DNA of 64,000 bases from Nitrosopumilus sp. (GCA_046754145.1 JBHHVF010000001.1:5791-69790), one strand, 5' to 3'; shown: positions 9,113 to 18,662, counted from the stretch's first letter. Translations and numbers: made by a program. The notes: generated by a model from the sequence alone, not told the origin.

Positions 9113-10225
9113 ATGAGAATTATCATGATTTCTGGATTCGCAACTCCTGATGGAACTAAAAAATTTGCTCAGAATTCAGGCGTAAATCAAGCTAATTTTA
9201 AAGAATTTGAAAACCTCATTCTTTCTAATGTTGGAATTGGAACATATCTTGGTGATCCTGATTCTAGAACCGATGAATTAGTTACCACTGCTGTAAAGCA
9301 ATCAATTACATCTGGACTCAATGTTGTAGATACTGCAATAAACTATCGAGCTCAAAAAGCAGAACGTTCAGTTGGAAAAGCTATTTCCGAATTAATTCGA
9401 GAAGGAAAAATTTCACGTGATCAGATATTTGTTAGTACCAAAAATGGATATGTCACAAATGATGCTGATATTAAATTAGGTTTTTGGGAGTATGTCAAGG
9501 AAGAATATTCTCAAAAAGGTGTCATCAAAGAAGGTGATGTTACCTCTGGGTATCACTGCATGACTCCAACTTATCTTTCTGATCAATTAGATCGTAGTTT
9601 AAAAAATTTAGATTTAGAATGTGTTGATTTAATGTATCTTCATAATGCCATAGAAGGACAAATCAAAGATGTTTCTAAGGAACAATTCTTGAAGAATTTG
9701 AAATCTGTTTTTGAATTATATGAACAAAAACGTGATGAGGGAAAAATTAAATTTTATGGAATGGCAACTTGGGAATGCTTTAGAGTTACAAATGATAATC
9801 CGCAATACCTATCTCTTGAAGATACTGTTAATATGGCAAAAAAGGTTGGAGGAGAAAATCATGGATTCAAGTTCATTCAATTACCATTTAACATGCATTA
9901 TGATCAAGCCTTACTTGGAAAAACACAATTACTTGGAACTGAAAATATTTCTATCTTGGAGGCAGCTGTAAAATTAGGAATAGGTGTGTTTACTAGTGTT
10001 CCATTTATGCAAGGTCGTTTGTTGGCTCCTGGTGTAATGCCTGATTTCAATAAACTAAAACCTTCTCTACGGGCTTTGCAGTTTATTCGTTCATCTCCTG
10101 GAGTTTTAGCTCCGTTAGTAGGACAGAAATCACTTGATCATGTTTCTGAAAACCTTGAGATAATGAAAATTCCGGCAATGTCTGAAGATGAATTTTTAAC
10201 ACTTGTCAAGAAATTAACTTCTTAA
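9113..10225 (+). CDS. aldo/keto reductase family oxidoreductase
   Basis: Typical AKR segments (VDTAINYR.., CVDLMYLHN, IGVFTSVPF..G.L). Confidence 0.8.
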   Translation: MRIIMISGFATPDGTKKFAQNSGVNQANFKEFENLILSNVGIGTYLGDPDSRTDELVTTAVKQSITSGLNVVDTAINYRAQKAERSVGKAISELIREGKISRDQIFVSTKNGYVTNDADIKLGFWEYVKEEYSQKGVIKEGDVTSGYHCMTPTYLSDQLDRSLKNLDLECVDLMYLHNAIEGQIKDVSKEQFLKNLKSVFELYEQKRDEGKIKFYGMATWECFRVTNDNPQYLSLEDTVNMAKKVGGENHGFKFIQLPFNMHYDQALLGKTQLLGTENISILEAAVKLGIGVFTSVPFMQGRLLAPGVMPDFNKLKPSLRALQFIRSSPGVLAPLVGQKSLDHVSENLEIMKIPAMSEDEFLTLVKKLTS

Positions 10226-10285
10226 TTTTTTCTAAATTCTGTAAAAATATATTACATGAGTAATTATCAATAAGAAAGAGTAGCC

Positions 10286-10651
10286 TTGTCTAGCAAAATT
10301 TATGATTATGCAAAAATCTGTGACGATGTCATGTCTACTGACCCTAAAATTAGATTTGCAGGTGTGATTAATGAAAGAGGCAGATTAGTTGCAGGAGGAA
10401 TGAAAGAAAATGTTGAACCCCTAGAAAGTGAAAAAGATGATGAAATGATTTTCATGGAACTTGCATTACGTGTAAAAATGAGAAAAGAATTTGATAAACA
10501 ACTTGGATGTGTAAATTTTGCTATGGCTTCTCGTGAGCGTGCACTTGCAATGAGTGTTCCTCTAGACGGGGATATTTTGTATGTAGTTTCTGAGCCTGAT
10601 GTTGACTATGGCACTCTTCCAAAGAAAATTCTTGAAATTATTCATTCCTGA
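10286..10651 (+). CDS. conserved hypothetical protein, paralog of 36182-36577
   Basis: Alignable by eye with the 131-aa ORF at 36182-36577 (..IR..IV.D..G.L.A... / ..FV.LG). TTG start. Confidence 0.5.
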   Translation: MSSKIYDYAKICDDVMSTDPKIRFAGVINERGRLVAGGMKENVEPLESEKDDEMIFMELALRVKMRKEFDKQLGCVNFAMASRERALAMSVPLDGDILYVVSEPDVDYGTLPKKILEIIHS

Positions 10652-10680
10652 ATAAATTCTGTTTCCATTTTTGGGACTTT

Positions 10681-10917
10681 ATGATCTTCTTAATTAACAA
10701 TACTGATCTAAAATTTATTGACATGGATTGCAGTGATAAATTTGATACTGACTATATGGCTATGGCAGAATTAACTAAAGAAATTGGTTTCTTAGTTCAA
10801 AGATCTATAGATGCAGGTAATCCCGATTTAACCCCTTCAGATGCCGAACACATCTTAAAAATGACATACGATATTACACTTAAAATAAAAGCTCAAAATC
10901 TGGAATTGACAGTATGA
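10681..10917 (+). CDS. hypothetical protein
   Basis: ORF with 4-nt ATGA overlap to the next ORF (translational coupling pattern). Confidence 0.4.
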   Translation: MIFLINNTDLKFIDMDCSDKFDTDYMAMAELTKEIGFLVQRSIDAGNPDLTPSDAEHILKMTYDITLKIKAQNLELTV

Positions 10918-11180
10918 ATTATTGTTATGATAGGCACACTCCAATTTACAAAATAAAATACAAACCAAATCAACCTAAAGGTCTTTCTCAAGAATGGTTA
11001 GTATGTGAAAAATGTTTTGGAAAACCAGAATTTTTTGGTTCAATAAATGAAATTGAATCAATTGTTTCACTACATAGTTCTCAAGAGATTCGATTTAAAA
11101 TTGAACATATATCGGTTATGACTCAAACAATTACAGAAAAACTCAAAAAAAACCTTAGAACAAATCGATATCTTAAATGA
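10914..11180 (+). CDS. hypothetical protein (single CxxC)
   Basis: ORF coupled to the preceding ORF. Contains CEKC. Confidence 0.4.
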   Translation: MNYCYDRHTPIYKIKYKPNQPKGLSQEWLVCEKCFGKPEFFGSINEIESIVSLHSSQEIRFKIEHISVMTQTITEKLKKNLRTNRYLK

Positions 11181-11212
11181 ATCTATAAATAGAATTCAAA
11201 ACTGAAAAATTT

Positions 11213-11359
11213 ATGCCAGTAGATCCAGTTTGTGGAATTGAACTTGATGAAGATTTAGCATTACTTCATGAACATGACGGAAAAAAATTCTATTTCTGTT
11301 GTAACGGATGCAGGCGAATTTTTACCAAAAAACCTCGTAAATACAAGAATAATGTCTAG
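11213..11359 (+). CDS. YHS/TRASH-type metal-binding domain protein (48 aa, below the ORF-track cutoff)
   Basis: Hand translation gives MPVDPVCGIELDEDLALLHEHDGKKFYFCCNGCRRIFTKKPRKYKNNV*. The DPVCG..H.G..YYFC..C...F pattern is characteristic of YHS domains. Confidence 0.7.
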   Translation: MPVDPVCGIELDEDLALLHEHDGKKFYFCCNGCRRIFTKKPRKYKNNV

Positions 11360-12300
11360 ATGGGAAAAGCCCCACACATTCTACAAAATTTTGAGTCTTT
11401 AACTTCATGTTTACAATATGGACAAGGATTTTTTGCTTTGTTATCTATGGAAGTTCCAAAATGTTTCTTAAAAATATCATAATAATGCATTGACTCTCGA
11501 CTTCTGATAATCACATTGTCTTCTTTTTCAGTGGTTAGTTTTTGTTCCACAAAACTCTCTTCATTGATTATTGAATTAAACAAATTTGTTAATCCTGCAG
11601 TCCCTGCCCCGTCTTGCATTGGAGATTTTTCTCTCCATGCAATCTGTTGTGGAATATATCTTTCAAATGTCTTACGTAGTATCCATTTACCATGTCTTTT
11701 TTTATTCTCATTTTTAACTTTCAGATTCGCTGGAATTTTTTTAGCAAATTCTATAACTGTATCATTTAGAAATGGAGATTCAATGTTTACTCCTAATGAC
11801 TCACCAATTTTTTGTGTTGGAAAATGCATTACTGAGCAAACTCTTTTGATCTCTGCTTCTAATTCCTCTTCTGGTTTATTTATTAAAAAACTGTATCCTG
11901 CAAATAATTCATCTGCTCCATCTCCAGTTATGATTGATTTTTCATCATTTTCTTTTGCCCATTTTATTGCTAGATACATCACCACATTATTACGAATTTC
12001 AATATCGTTAAAATTTTTTAAAATCTTAATTGTTTCTTCAATTGCCTCAAGAATTGTGGCAGTCTTGACATTGTAAATAGATAAAGGCAATTGCATTTCT
12101 TTTGAAACCATTTGACAATAAGTTAGATCTGTTGAAACAAAATCTTCAGCAATAACTGCAACAGTCTTTGGTTTTCTTTGTTTTAAAAAATATGCAATAA
12201 TAGAACTATCTAATCCTCCAGATAGTGAAATCAAATTTGATTTACAAGAATTGCAAGAATCTTCTAAAATTTTGTAAAGATTCTTGGAAGTTTCATCCAA
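11356..12300 (-). CDS. asparagine synthase-like PP-loop ATPase lacking a glutaminase domain, with C-terminal zinc ribbon
   Basis: SGGLDSS PP-loop, TGDGADELFAGY (AsnB synthetase-domain signature), C-terminal CPYCKH..CRMCG. Confidence 0.75.
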   Translation of the reverse strand: MDETSKNLYKILEDSCNSCKSNLISLSGGLDSSIIAYFLKQRKPKTVAVIAEDFVSTDLTYCQMVSKEMQLPLSIYNVKTATILEAIEETIKILKNFNDIEIRNNVVMYLAIKWAKENDEKSIITGDGADELFAGYSFLINKPEEELEAEIKRVCSVMHFPTQKIGESLGVNIESPFLNDTVIEFAKKIPANLKVKNENKKRHGKWILRKTFERYIPQQIAWREKSPMQDGAGTAGLTNLFNSIINEESFVEQKLTTEKEDNVIIRSRESMHYYDIFKKHFGTSIDNKAKNPCPYCKHEVKDSKFCRMCGAFPI

Positions 12301-12410
12301 TACTGAGAATAGAATTTTGAAATTAAAATAGCTATGCCTAATGATTTTCCCATGAATAATCTGACATATTATTGCAAACTTTAAATTCTTTATAGAATTC
12401 TTGAGAATTA

Positions 12411-12827
12411 ATGCTACTACCTGCTGAAATTGAATCTAAAACTTTAATCCCTGCATTACGAGCAATTCTTGCAAAAAAACTTGCAGAGGATCACAATATT
12501 AGAGAAGATGAAATTTCTAAAATGCTTGGAGTTACTCAAGCAGCAGTTAGCAATTACATTCGTGGAACTCGTGGTGATCCATCTTTGATTGCAAAACTTT
12601 TAGCAGAAAAACAAGTTGCGACTATGATAGATGAATTAAGTGATAGTCTTTCATCAGATATGGCCTACACTCCATCTAATCTTTCAAAGTTTATCGGTCT
12701 TTGCAATTATATCAAATCTAGTTTGCTGATTTGTGAGATACATCACAATTTAGAATCAAACATAGATGAACAAGTATGCAAAGAATGTGAAAATATGCTT
12801 CTTAAAGGCCCAGGTAGTGTTTACTAG
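12411..12827 (+). CDS. HTH (XRE-like) transcriptional regulator
   Basis: ISKMLGVTQAAVSNYIRG helix-turn-helix. C-terminal Cys/His cluster (CEIHH..CKEC). Confidence 0.65.
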   Translation: MLLPAEIESKTLIPALRAILAKKLAEDHNIREDEISKMLGVTQAAVSNYIRGTRGDPSLIAKLLAEKQVATMIDELSDSLSSDMAYTPSNLSKFIGLCNYIKSSLLICEIHHNLESNIDEQVCKECENMLLKGPGSVY

Positions 12828-13138
12828 ATTTTATTTAAAATAATTTCAATAGTTGATGTCATTTTACCTATTCCTGCAGCTGACTCTGTATCAAGAGTGA
12901 TTTTTTGAATTTTAGAATTTCCTTTTAGCATTTTCTCTGTAATGATATTTGCAACTGCAACTGCATTGGGAATTGAATTTCCTTTTGACTTGAGAATAAT
13001 TTGATTTTTGTTTCCTAGAACAGATAGAACATCAATAGCTAATTGCATTACGGGGTCATTTCCAATATTTATGATGGCATTATCAGACTTTGCGGTCTGC
13101 TCCTGACCATACTGTTCACGTGATTCTTCCATGAGCAT
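12824..13138 (-). CDS. albA: Alba DNA/RNA-binding chromatin protein
   Basis: NIGNDPVMQLAIDVL..ILKSKGNSIPNAVAVANIITEKML..STIEIILNK matches the Alba fold pattern. Confidence 0.85.
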   Translation of the reverse strand: MLMEESREQYGQEQTAKSDNAIINIGNDPVMQLAIDVLSVLGNKNQIILKSKGNSIPNAVAVANIITEKMLKGNSKIQKITLDTESAAGIGKMTSTIEIILNKI

Positions 13139-13189
13139 TATTCAACAACCAGCAATTTTATGTTCTTTTAAGTTTTATCGATCATTGAT

Positions 13190-13753
13190 TCATTTTTCGA
13201 AATAATCAATAGGGATATTTTGATAATCTCCGTTTGGAAGTACTCTTCTAATTGTGATTGGTATCACTCTTTGTTCAAGCTCTTCCATTGATATATCCAA
13301 TGAAATTCTTGCAGTTTTTGGAATTGGGATAAATGGTGGTGCTCCTAGAGACAACTGCAATGCTCTTGCACCCATAATTCTTGCTTTTTCAAATCTTGTT
13401 AATGTTGGTGGTCCGATAGTGATTTTGCCTTTTTCACAAGGAATCTCAGCTGCATCATGCTCTTCTACTCTTTCAACAACCTCTCTTTCTTCAATTTCTT
13501 TGATTTTCTTTTCAAGATTTTCTTGTTCTTTTTCAGTTAATGGTTCTACTAGATCTTTTCTATCGATTAATTTTCGATAAGTTTCAAGTGCTTTGGTTAA
13601 TCCGGGATTTCCTTCTGGTTCTATGTCTAAAACTTCTGCAGATTCCTCAACAGATTCTGTAGATTCTACAATAGGTTCTTCAGTTTTGGACAAGTGATAA
13701 ATTTCTCTTAAAACGTTATATAATCTAATCATTTTAAAGTACGAATTGAGCAC
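13190..13753 (-). CDS. rpoK: DNA-directed RNA polymerase subunit Rpo6 (RpoK) with long acidic N-terminal extension
   Basis: LTRFEKARIMGARALQLSLGAPPFI is the Rpb6/RpoK signature. It is preceded by ~110 Glu-rich residues, so the true start is uncertain. Confidence 0.8.
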   Translation of the reverse strand: MLNSYFKMIRLYNVLREIYHLSKTEEPIVESTESVEESAEVLDIEPEGNPGLTKALETYRKLIDRKDLVEPLTEKEQENLEKKIKEIEEREVVERVEEHDAAEIPCEKGKITIGPPTLTRFEKARIMGARALQLSLGAPPFIPIPKTARISLDISMEELEQRVIPITIRRVLPNGDYQNIPIDYFEK

Positions 13754-14132
13754 ATTTTCTGTCTCACGAAAACAACTAATTTTAGAAATTCGTGGAAAGG
13801 CAAAGATCTCCTGTGATCTTAAACGTCATTTGTCTCCACGAACTGTTGGAACTATAATGAGATCCTTGCCGTTAGAAGGTCATGCTCATCAATTAGGACA
13901 AAGTATTTTTTATTTTGAAACTACAATTGATTCAGGAACCGAGCGAGCTAGATCTGAATTTAAAAAAGGGGATGTTGCATTTTTATCTTCAACAGGGAGC
14001 ATTTGTTTTTTTATCAATGATGTAACATCTGGAAAAACTATGACACCAATTGGAAAATTAGGTGATAACATTGATGCATTAAAAGATGTTAAACCTGGAG
14101 ATGTGTTTTGTATCTATGAAGAAACTGCCTGA
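13746..14132 (+). CDS. cyclophilin-like superfamily protein (Cyclophil_like/TM1367-type)
   Basis: GDVAFLSSTGSICFFIND resembles the GD.AYWPPGNA.CIFFG motif of this family. TTG start. Confidence 0.55.
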   Translation: MSTFSVSRKQLILEIRGKAKISCDLKRHLSPRTVGTIMRSLPLEGHAHQLGQSIFYFETTIDSGTERARSEFKKGDVAFLSSTGSICFFINDVTSGKTMTPIGKLGDNIDALKDVKPGDVFCIYEETA

Positions 14133-14425
14133 TACAAATGGTGTCCTGAATAACCGCCTACTCGTTTTATAGTTCCTTTATTTGCAGATTCTTTTAGAAA
14201 TGCATTTGCTGCAGAGATTTTGACTCCTGTTTGTCTTGCAAGATCTTGAACTGTGACTACTTTGGAGTTTTGAATAATTTTCATTGCTTGTTGTTCGTTT
14301 ACCATAACTGTAATTTCTGCTTTCTTTGGACCACCTTCACCTTTGTCTTTCTTTCCTTTCTTTGATTCTTTAGTACTAGCAGGTTTGTCTTTTTTTGCTG
14401 CAGTTGGTTTCTTTGCTCCACCCAT
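14114..14425 (-). CDS. rps25e: 30S ribosomal protein S25e
   Basis: Lys-rich N-terminus followed by a wHTH-like VTVQDLARQTGVKISAANAFLKE. Confidence 0.8.
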   Translation of the reverse strand: MGGAKKPTAAKKDKPASTKESKKGKKDKGEGGPKKAEITVMVNEQQAMKIIQNSKVVTVQDLARQTGVKISAANAFLKESANKGTIKRVGGYSGHHLYQAVSS

Positions 14426-14539
14426 AGTTTGGGAAAAAAATATTCCTCTTATAAACGATGAACCAACTTTTGGAATTATCTATTTGCCGACAATTCAAAT
14501 TATTTTCAAATATAAATAACATCTTGATCACTTGACTGT

Positions 14540-14752
14540 ATGGGAATTGTCTCAAAAGGTGCAAAATGTAATGTTGAAGGATGTGACCAAGATGGGGCCC
14601 GTTCTCTAAATACCACCAAAGTCGAAAATGCAGGACTAAGAGTGAATTCTGCAGGCAAAAAAACAGTTCTTTGTAAAGAACACTACAAAGAATGGAAAAA
14701 AGAATCTAAAGATGATAGAGAACTTGAACGTGCTAGATATGACAAGTTTTAG
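14540..14752 (+). CDS. small conserved hypothetical protein, probable Cys/His metal site
   Basis: CNVEGC .. CKEH pattern in 70 aa. Confidence 0.45.
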   Translation: MGIVSKGAKCNVEGCDQDGARSLNTTKVENAGLRVNSAGKKTVLCKEHYKEWKKESKDDRELERARYDKF

Positions 14753-15843
14753 TTTTTCTTTTTTGATTTCTTTACATTTTTAGCAGGATTTTTGATATAA
14801 TCTTCTTTTAATTTATCATACATCTTGCCTATCTTTTTGTAAAGTCGTTTTGGTTTTCTTGTTTTTTGATTACTTAAAACATATAGTGCAAGAATTGGAA
14901 ATGCAATTGTTGCATCAGCATAAACTGTTACCATGTCCTGGTGTGCATCTTGAACTTTACCCCAACTCTTCCCTTCTTGTAATGTTGCCCCTGATAACCC
15001 TCCAGTATCTGGACGTGCATCTGTGATTTGAATAATGTAATCTTGACCTCCATCACTTCTTCTTAAAATTTGGTCTAACATGGGACCTGTTTGCTGAGCT
15101 GTATTCTTTGGCACTCCTCCACCTAATTCTAAAATTCCTGATTTTTTTGAACCATAAAGAATTGCAGCTTGCTCTATTATCTCTCTAACAAAGTCTAGAT
15201 TGTATGTTTTACCATGCAGTCTGTGAATTGACAAATTCATAGCTAATGACGAATCTTTTAATGTGGAAATGTATACTGGGACATCATATTCATATGCTGC
15301 TGTGATGAAACTCTTTTCAGGAAATTTTGCTTTTTCTTTACTAAGTTTTCCCATAAAATTACAAAATTCTGCAGTTGTAAATGGCTTATCTTGAAAGTTT
15401 TCTCCAAACATTTTTTGAATAATTTGGTCTTCTGCTTCTAATGTTTCATAAAATTTGATATATACATCTCTAATCCTAACAATTTCTTTTTCAAATAATT
15501 TCATATCATCTACAGTGGCACTTCCTTGTTTAACAGGCAATCCCCATGCAAAATGATCTTCATGATAAACGTTAGCTCCTGTTGTAACGACCCAATCAAC
15601 AAACCCACGTTCGATTAATGTTTTAATGATTCCTCCAAATCCAACTGGCGTCATTGCACCTGCAACTGTAAGACAAATTGTTGCATTCTCTTTGATCATT
15701 TTCGCATAAAGTTTTGCAGCCTCTCCGAGTTTTCTACCATTAAACCCAGAACTTTCAAACACATTGATCAAATCTTCTATAGTCATGTTTGGATCTAATT
15801 TTATATGAGGAATATTTCTACCATGAAATTTGTGTGGGTCCAC
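14749..15843 (-). CDS. dys: deoxyhypusine synthase
   Basis: Full-length similarity pattern to DHS (..TVAGAMTPVGFGG.., ..GGGVPKN.., ..EGKSWGK..). Confidence 0.9.
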   Translation of the reverse strand: MDPHKFHGRNIPHIKLDPNMTIEDLINVFESSGFNGRKLGEAAKLYAKMIKENATICLTVAGAMTPVGFGGIIKTLIERGFVDWVVTTGANVYHEDHFAWGLPVKQGSATVDDMKLFEKEIVRIRDVYIKFYETLEAEDQIIQKMFGENFQDKPFTTAEFCNFMGKLSKEKAKFPEKSFITAAYEYDVPVYISTLKDSSLAMNLSIHRLHGKTYNLDFVREIIEQAAILYGSKKSGILELGGGVPKNTAQQTGPMLDQILRRSDGGQDYIIQITDARPDTGGLSGATLQEGKSWGKVQDAHQDMVTVYADATIAFPILALYVLSNQKTRKPKRLYKKIGKMYDKLKEDYIKNPAKNVKKSKKKN

Positions 15844-15962
15844 TTTTAAAAAATAACTTTTTACCGTAAATAACGCTTGCGCAAGGATTCATTTGCAATA
15901 CTATGTATTTTGAATTTTCACGTAAACATTACTTATGTAGGAATGACATGTAATAATGCTAC

Positions 15963-16298
15963 ATGGATGTCATCGATCTACATGATCCACAGCGAGTAAA
16001 TAGAACTCCTGACGGTGTTGAAGTTTTGCTCACTTCTGGAGACTTTGTTCAAGATGGTTTTAGAATTTCTAAAGTCGAATTACGTCTTTACAATGAAAGA
16101 ATTGATGAAAATTTAGGTACTTTTTCTTTGATAACTTCTTTTGTTGAGACTGACAAAGGTTCCATTGAAATGATTTATGATGAAGGATTTCGTGGAAAAG
16201 AATCTCTTTTGAGAGCATCTGAATTTCTCACTTTAAATTTAGGTATATCTAGTCTGATTTTACGTTCAATTATTTCTCTACGTGAAAAAACACCATAA
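15963..16298 (+). CDS. hypothetical protein
   Basis: ORF only. Confidence 0.4.
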   Translation: MDVIDLHDPQRVNRTPDGVEVLLTSGDFVQDGFRISKVELRLYNERIDENLGTFSLITSFVETDKGSIEMIYDEGFRGKESLLRASEFLTLNLGISSLILRSIISLREKTP

Positions 16299-16608
16299 CT
16301 GATTTTGTGAATTTAACATGTTATCAAAATAACAAACTAGTTGTTTTATTCACTTTTTTCTTAGTACATTTGAAATGAGTTCTTCCTTACAGACTACAAC
16401 TGATAAAGTATATGAAAATGAAATGAATGAGTTGCGTAATGAACTTCAATCAGCGTTATTAAAACGAAAACTACGTTCCATAAGTAAGCCTGAGTTTGAA
16501 TTTTAACCACGTTTCAGAAATTGTCTGTCTTTTAATTTACTGACACAGAGAACTACTACTGATAAATTCTGCTTGTTCCTTAAGTAGAAAATTCCATTTT
16601 TCCTTCAT

Positions 16609-17244
16609 ATGAAGCAAAACATCAAAAAACATTCGTTGCTCTTTACACTTCCTGTATTGGCAGCACTTGTTTTTGGAACATTAGGAGCAACTAGTGCATT
16701 TGCAGAAGATGTGTTAGTTGATATTGTTCCTGAAAACGTTTCATCAGCAAATACTGATGCATTCCTAGATGTATCAGTTGCATCACCAGATAGACAAGCC
16801 GAAGTAAAATTTGATGGAATCACCAAAGGATGGGCAATTGTTGCCGGTCAAGCATTTGAATCATCAATTGTACTTGATGGCTTTGCTGTTCATCAAGGTA
16901 ATGGTGTATGGAAAGTAAAATCTGACACAAAAATTTCTGTTGGAGATAGACATGATATACCATTAGACTTGAAAGGGAAAGCTGTAAATGGAAAACTAAG
17001 ACTACATGGAACCGGAACATTAGATGGTGGTGATTCTTTTAGAATCATTCTAAGAGGACACTATGCTCCAATTCATGATCAACCAGGAGACTTTGTTGTT
17101 GACTGGTCTATGGCCAAAATCCAAAATATGGAAAATGGTTTAAGAATTCCATTGGCTCAGTATGGCACTGTTCATGTTGAACCAGCAACTCCAGTTGTTG
17201 ATGATATAGCTGATTTAGAAGCAGAATTAAACATTGAGGAATAA
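16609..17244 (+). CDS. secreted hypothetical protein
   Basis: Signal peptide (LLFTLPVLAALVFGTLGATSAFA), followed by a T-run terminator. Confidence 0.6.
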   Translation: MKQNIKKHSLLFTLPVLAALVFGTLGATSAFAEDVLVDIVPENVSSANTDAFLDVSVASPDRQAEVKFDGITKGWAIVAGQAFESSIVLDGFAVHQGNGVWKVKSDTKISVGDRHDIPLDLKGKAVNGKLRLHGTGTLDGGDSFRIILRGHYAPIHDQPGDFVVDWSMAKIQNMENGLRIPLAQYGTVHVEPATPVVDDIADLEAELNIEE

Positions 17245-17247
17245 TCC

Positions 17248-17265
17248 TCTTTTCTTTTTTTTCTT
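17248..17265 (+). terminator. oligo-T archaeal terminator
   Basis: TCTTTTCTTTTTTTTCTT lies immediately after the stop at 17242-17244. Confidence 0.5.
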
Positions 17266-17356
17266 ACGAAAATCTATTCCTAATAATATGTGATTTTTCT
17301 AAATTTGCACAAAAAATGAAATATTAAATTTTATCTTACGATTTGATTGCAATTGT

Positions 17357-18205
17357 TTAAACTAACTGGTCCCCTTTTTCCCAAGACAAATCAAACAAGA
17401 AATTCATCATATCCACAAGAGTTTCAGAGTCTGACCACCAAGCATATGTTTGACGTGTAGGGTGATTTGCATTTCTCATAAACAATAATGCCTCTTTTTT
17501 GTCATTTATTATAAAACACTTAGTTTCTGAATTTGATGATAGAGTGCGGATGTTTTTTTGTTCCATACTTGATAAAAACTCAGGTGCTTTAACGAATGGT
17601 GATATGATAAGTTTTAACTCTGAAGTAGATTTTTCAGCATGATCAAATATTTCAGAATGATAAAGACGATTTACATCTGCTATGCTACCAAATACTTTGA
17701 ATTCTTCAGTACATGACTCAATCATTTCCTCAATTTTGTTTGTAATGGGACTGACTCCGTGAAGCAATTGCATTTTCTCAGATTTTGACTCGTCAGTTTC
17801 TACTGCAAAGAATGGAATCTCATTCCACATCTCTGATAGTGACTCTTCTCTTCCTGCTAGCAAATTAATTCTTGCTTGCTCTTGTTTAACCAAAGTTTCA
17901 ATTGCTTGTTTCATACCTAATGCAGTATACTTTGTAGGATGAGACATCTCAGCTGTAACTAGTCCCATATTTTGTAATGAATTTACAAGATGATATGTTT
18001 CGGTTCGTGGTGTTTGTAATGCCTTTGATATCTCTGATGCAGTTTTTGAACCATATTTCCCTAGATAAATAAACACCTTGCTTTGATTGGAGGTCAATCC
18101 AAAATTGATTAACTCGTTCTTGATTTTCTCAAGAGTAATTTTGTGTTTGTACAAGTCTGTGTCCGAATCATTATCAAATAAAGAAATTGTTTTCTCGTCA
18201 ACCAA
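17357..18205 (-). CDS. TrmB-family transcriptional regulator
   Basis: N-terminal wHTH (LTSNQSKVFIYLGKYGSKTASEISKALQTPRTETYHLVNSLQNMGLV) plus a long C-terminal domain, as in TrmB. Confidence 0.7.
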   Translation of the reverse strand: MVDEKTISLFDNDSDTDLYKHKITLEKIKNELINFGLTSNQSKVFIYLGKYGSKTASEISKALQTPRTETYHLVNSLQNMGLVTAEMSHPTKYTALGMKQAIETLVKQEQARINLLAGREESLSEMWNEIPFFAVETDESKSEKMQLLHGVSPITNKIEEMIESCTEEFKVFGSIADVNRLYHSEIFDHAEKSTSELKLIISPFVKAPEFLSSMEQKNIRTLSSNSETKCFIINDKKEALLFMRNANHPTRQTYAWWSDSETLVDMMNFLFDLSWEKGDQLV

Positions 18206-18662
18206 TATTGTTCACTCCTGATATGTTAGTACAAGTTATAGTTGGAGCGGAAATTTTCATAAAAAAGGAATTCAAATATGGAAAATGATCCATTATATCA
18301 ATACCGCAAATAACATTAGATGATTCTAATCCCATTGAATCTCTTAGAATTGCCAAGTAATTAACAGATCGCATAAATCCCACATATGGGCCTAACTGAA
18401 AAATATTTCACATAAGATAATTTTCATTTTACCTTATAGTTGCTTTATTTTTAACATGAATTCATCAGTCTTTTTTTGTAAATCCATTATTCCTGAATCC
18501 ATCTCAAATTGGTTTTCCATGATAATAGTAACCATGTTAGATACATAATCATTTGTCAGTTTGAAAAGCTACACATGTGGACTGTTCTTGAAAAAATCTT
18601 GATTTTAACCCATGCCTATTTCCAGCAAACACTTAATTCAATTGTATTTTCAGTTTGAAATT

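Noticed and set aside
16375-16506. Small ORFs without motifs: 16375-16506 (43 aa), 33584-33748 (54 aa), 42007-42150 (47 aa), 36046-36170 (minus, ~41 aa), 40581-40660 (minus, 25 aa), 45236-45300 region (minus, 33 aa).
   Set aside because: They have no recognisable motif and no convincing TATA box at leaderless distance. At these lengths such ORFs are expected by chance, so they are not reported as features.
18198-18383. 61-aa minus-strand ORF upstream of the TrmB-like regulator.
   Set aside because: It overlaps the regulator start, has no motif, and sits in the divergent promoter region for thrS.
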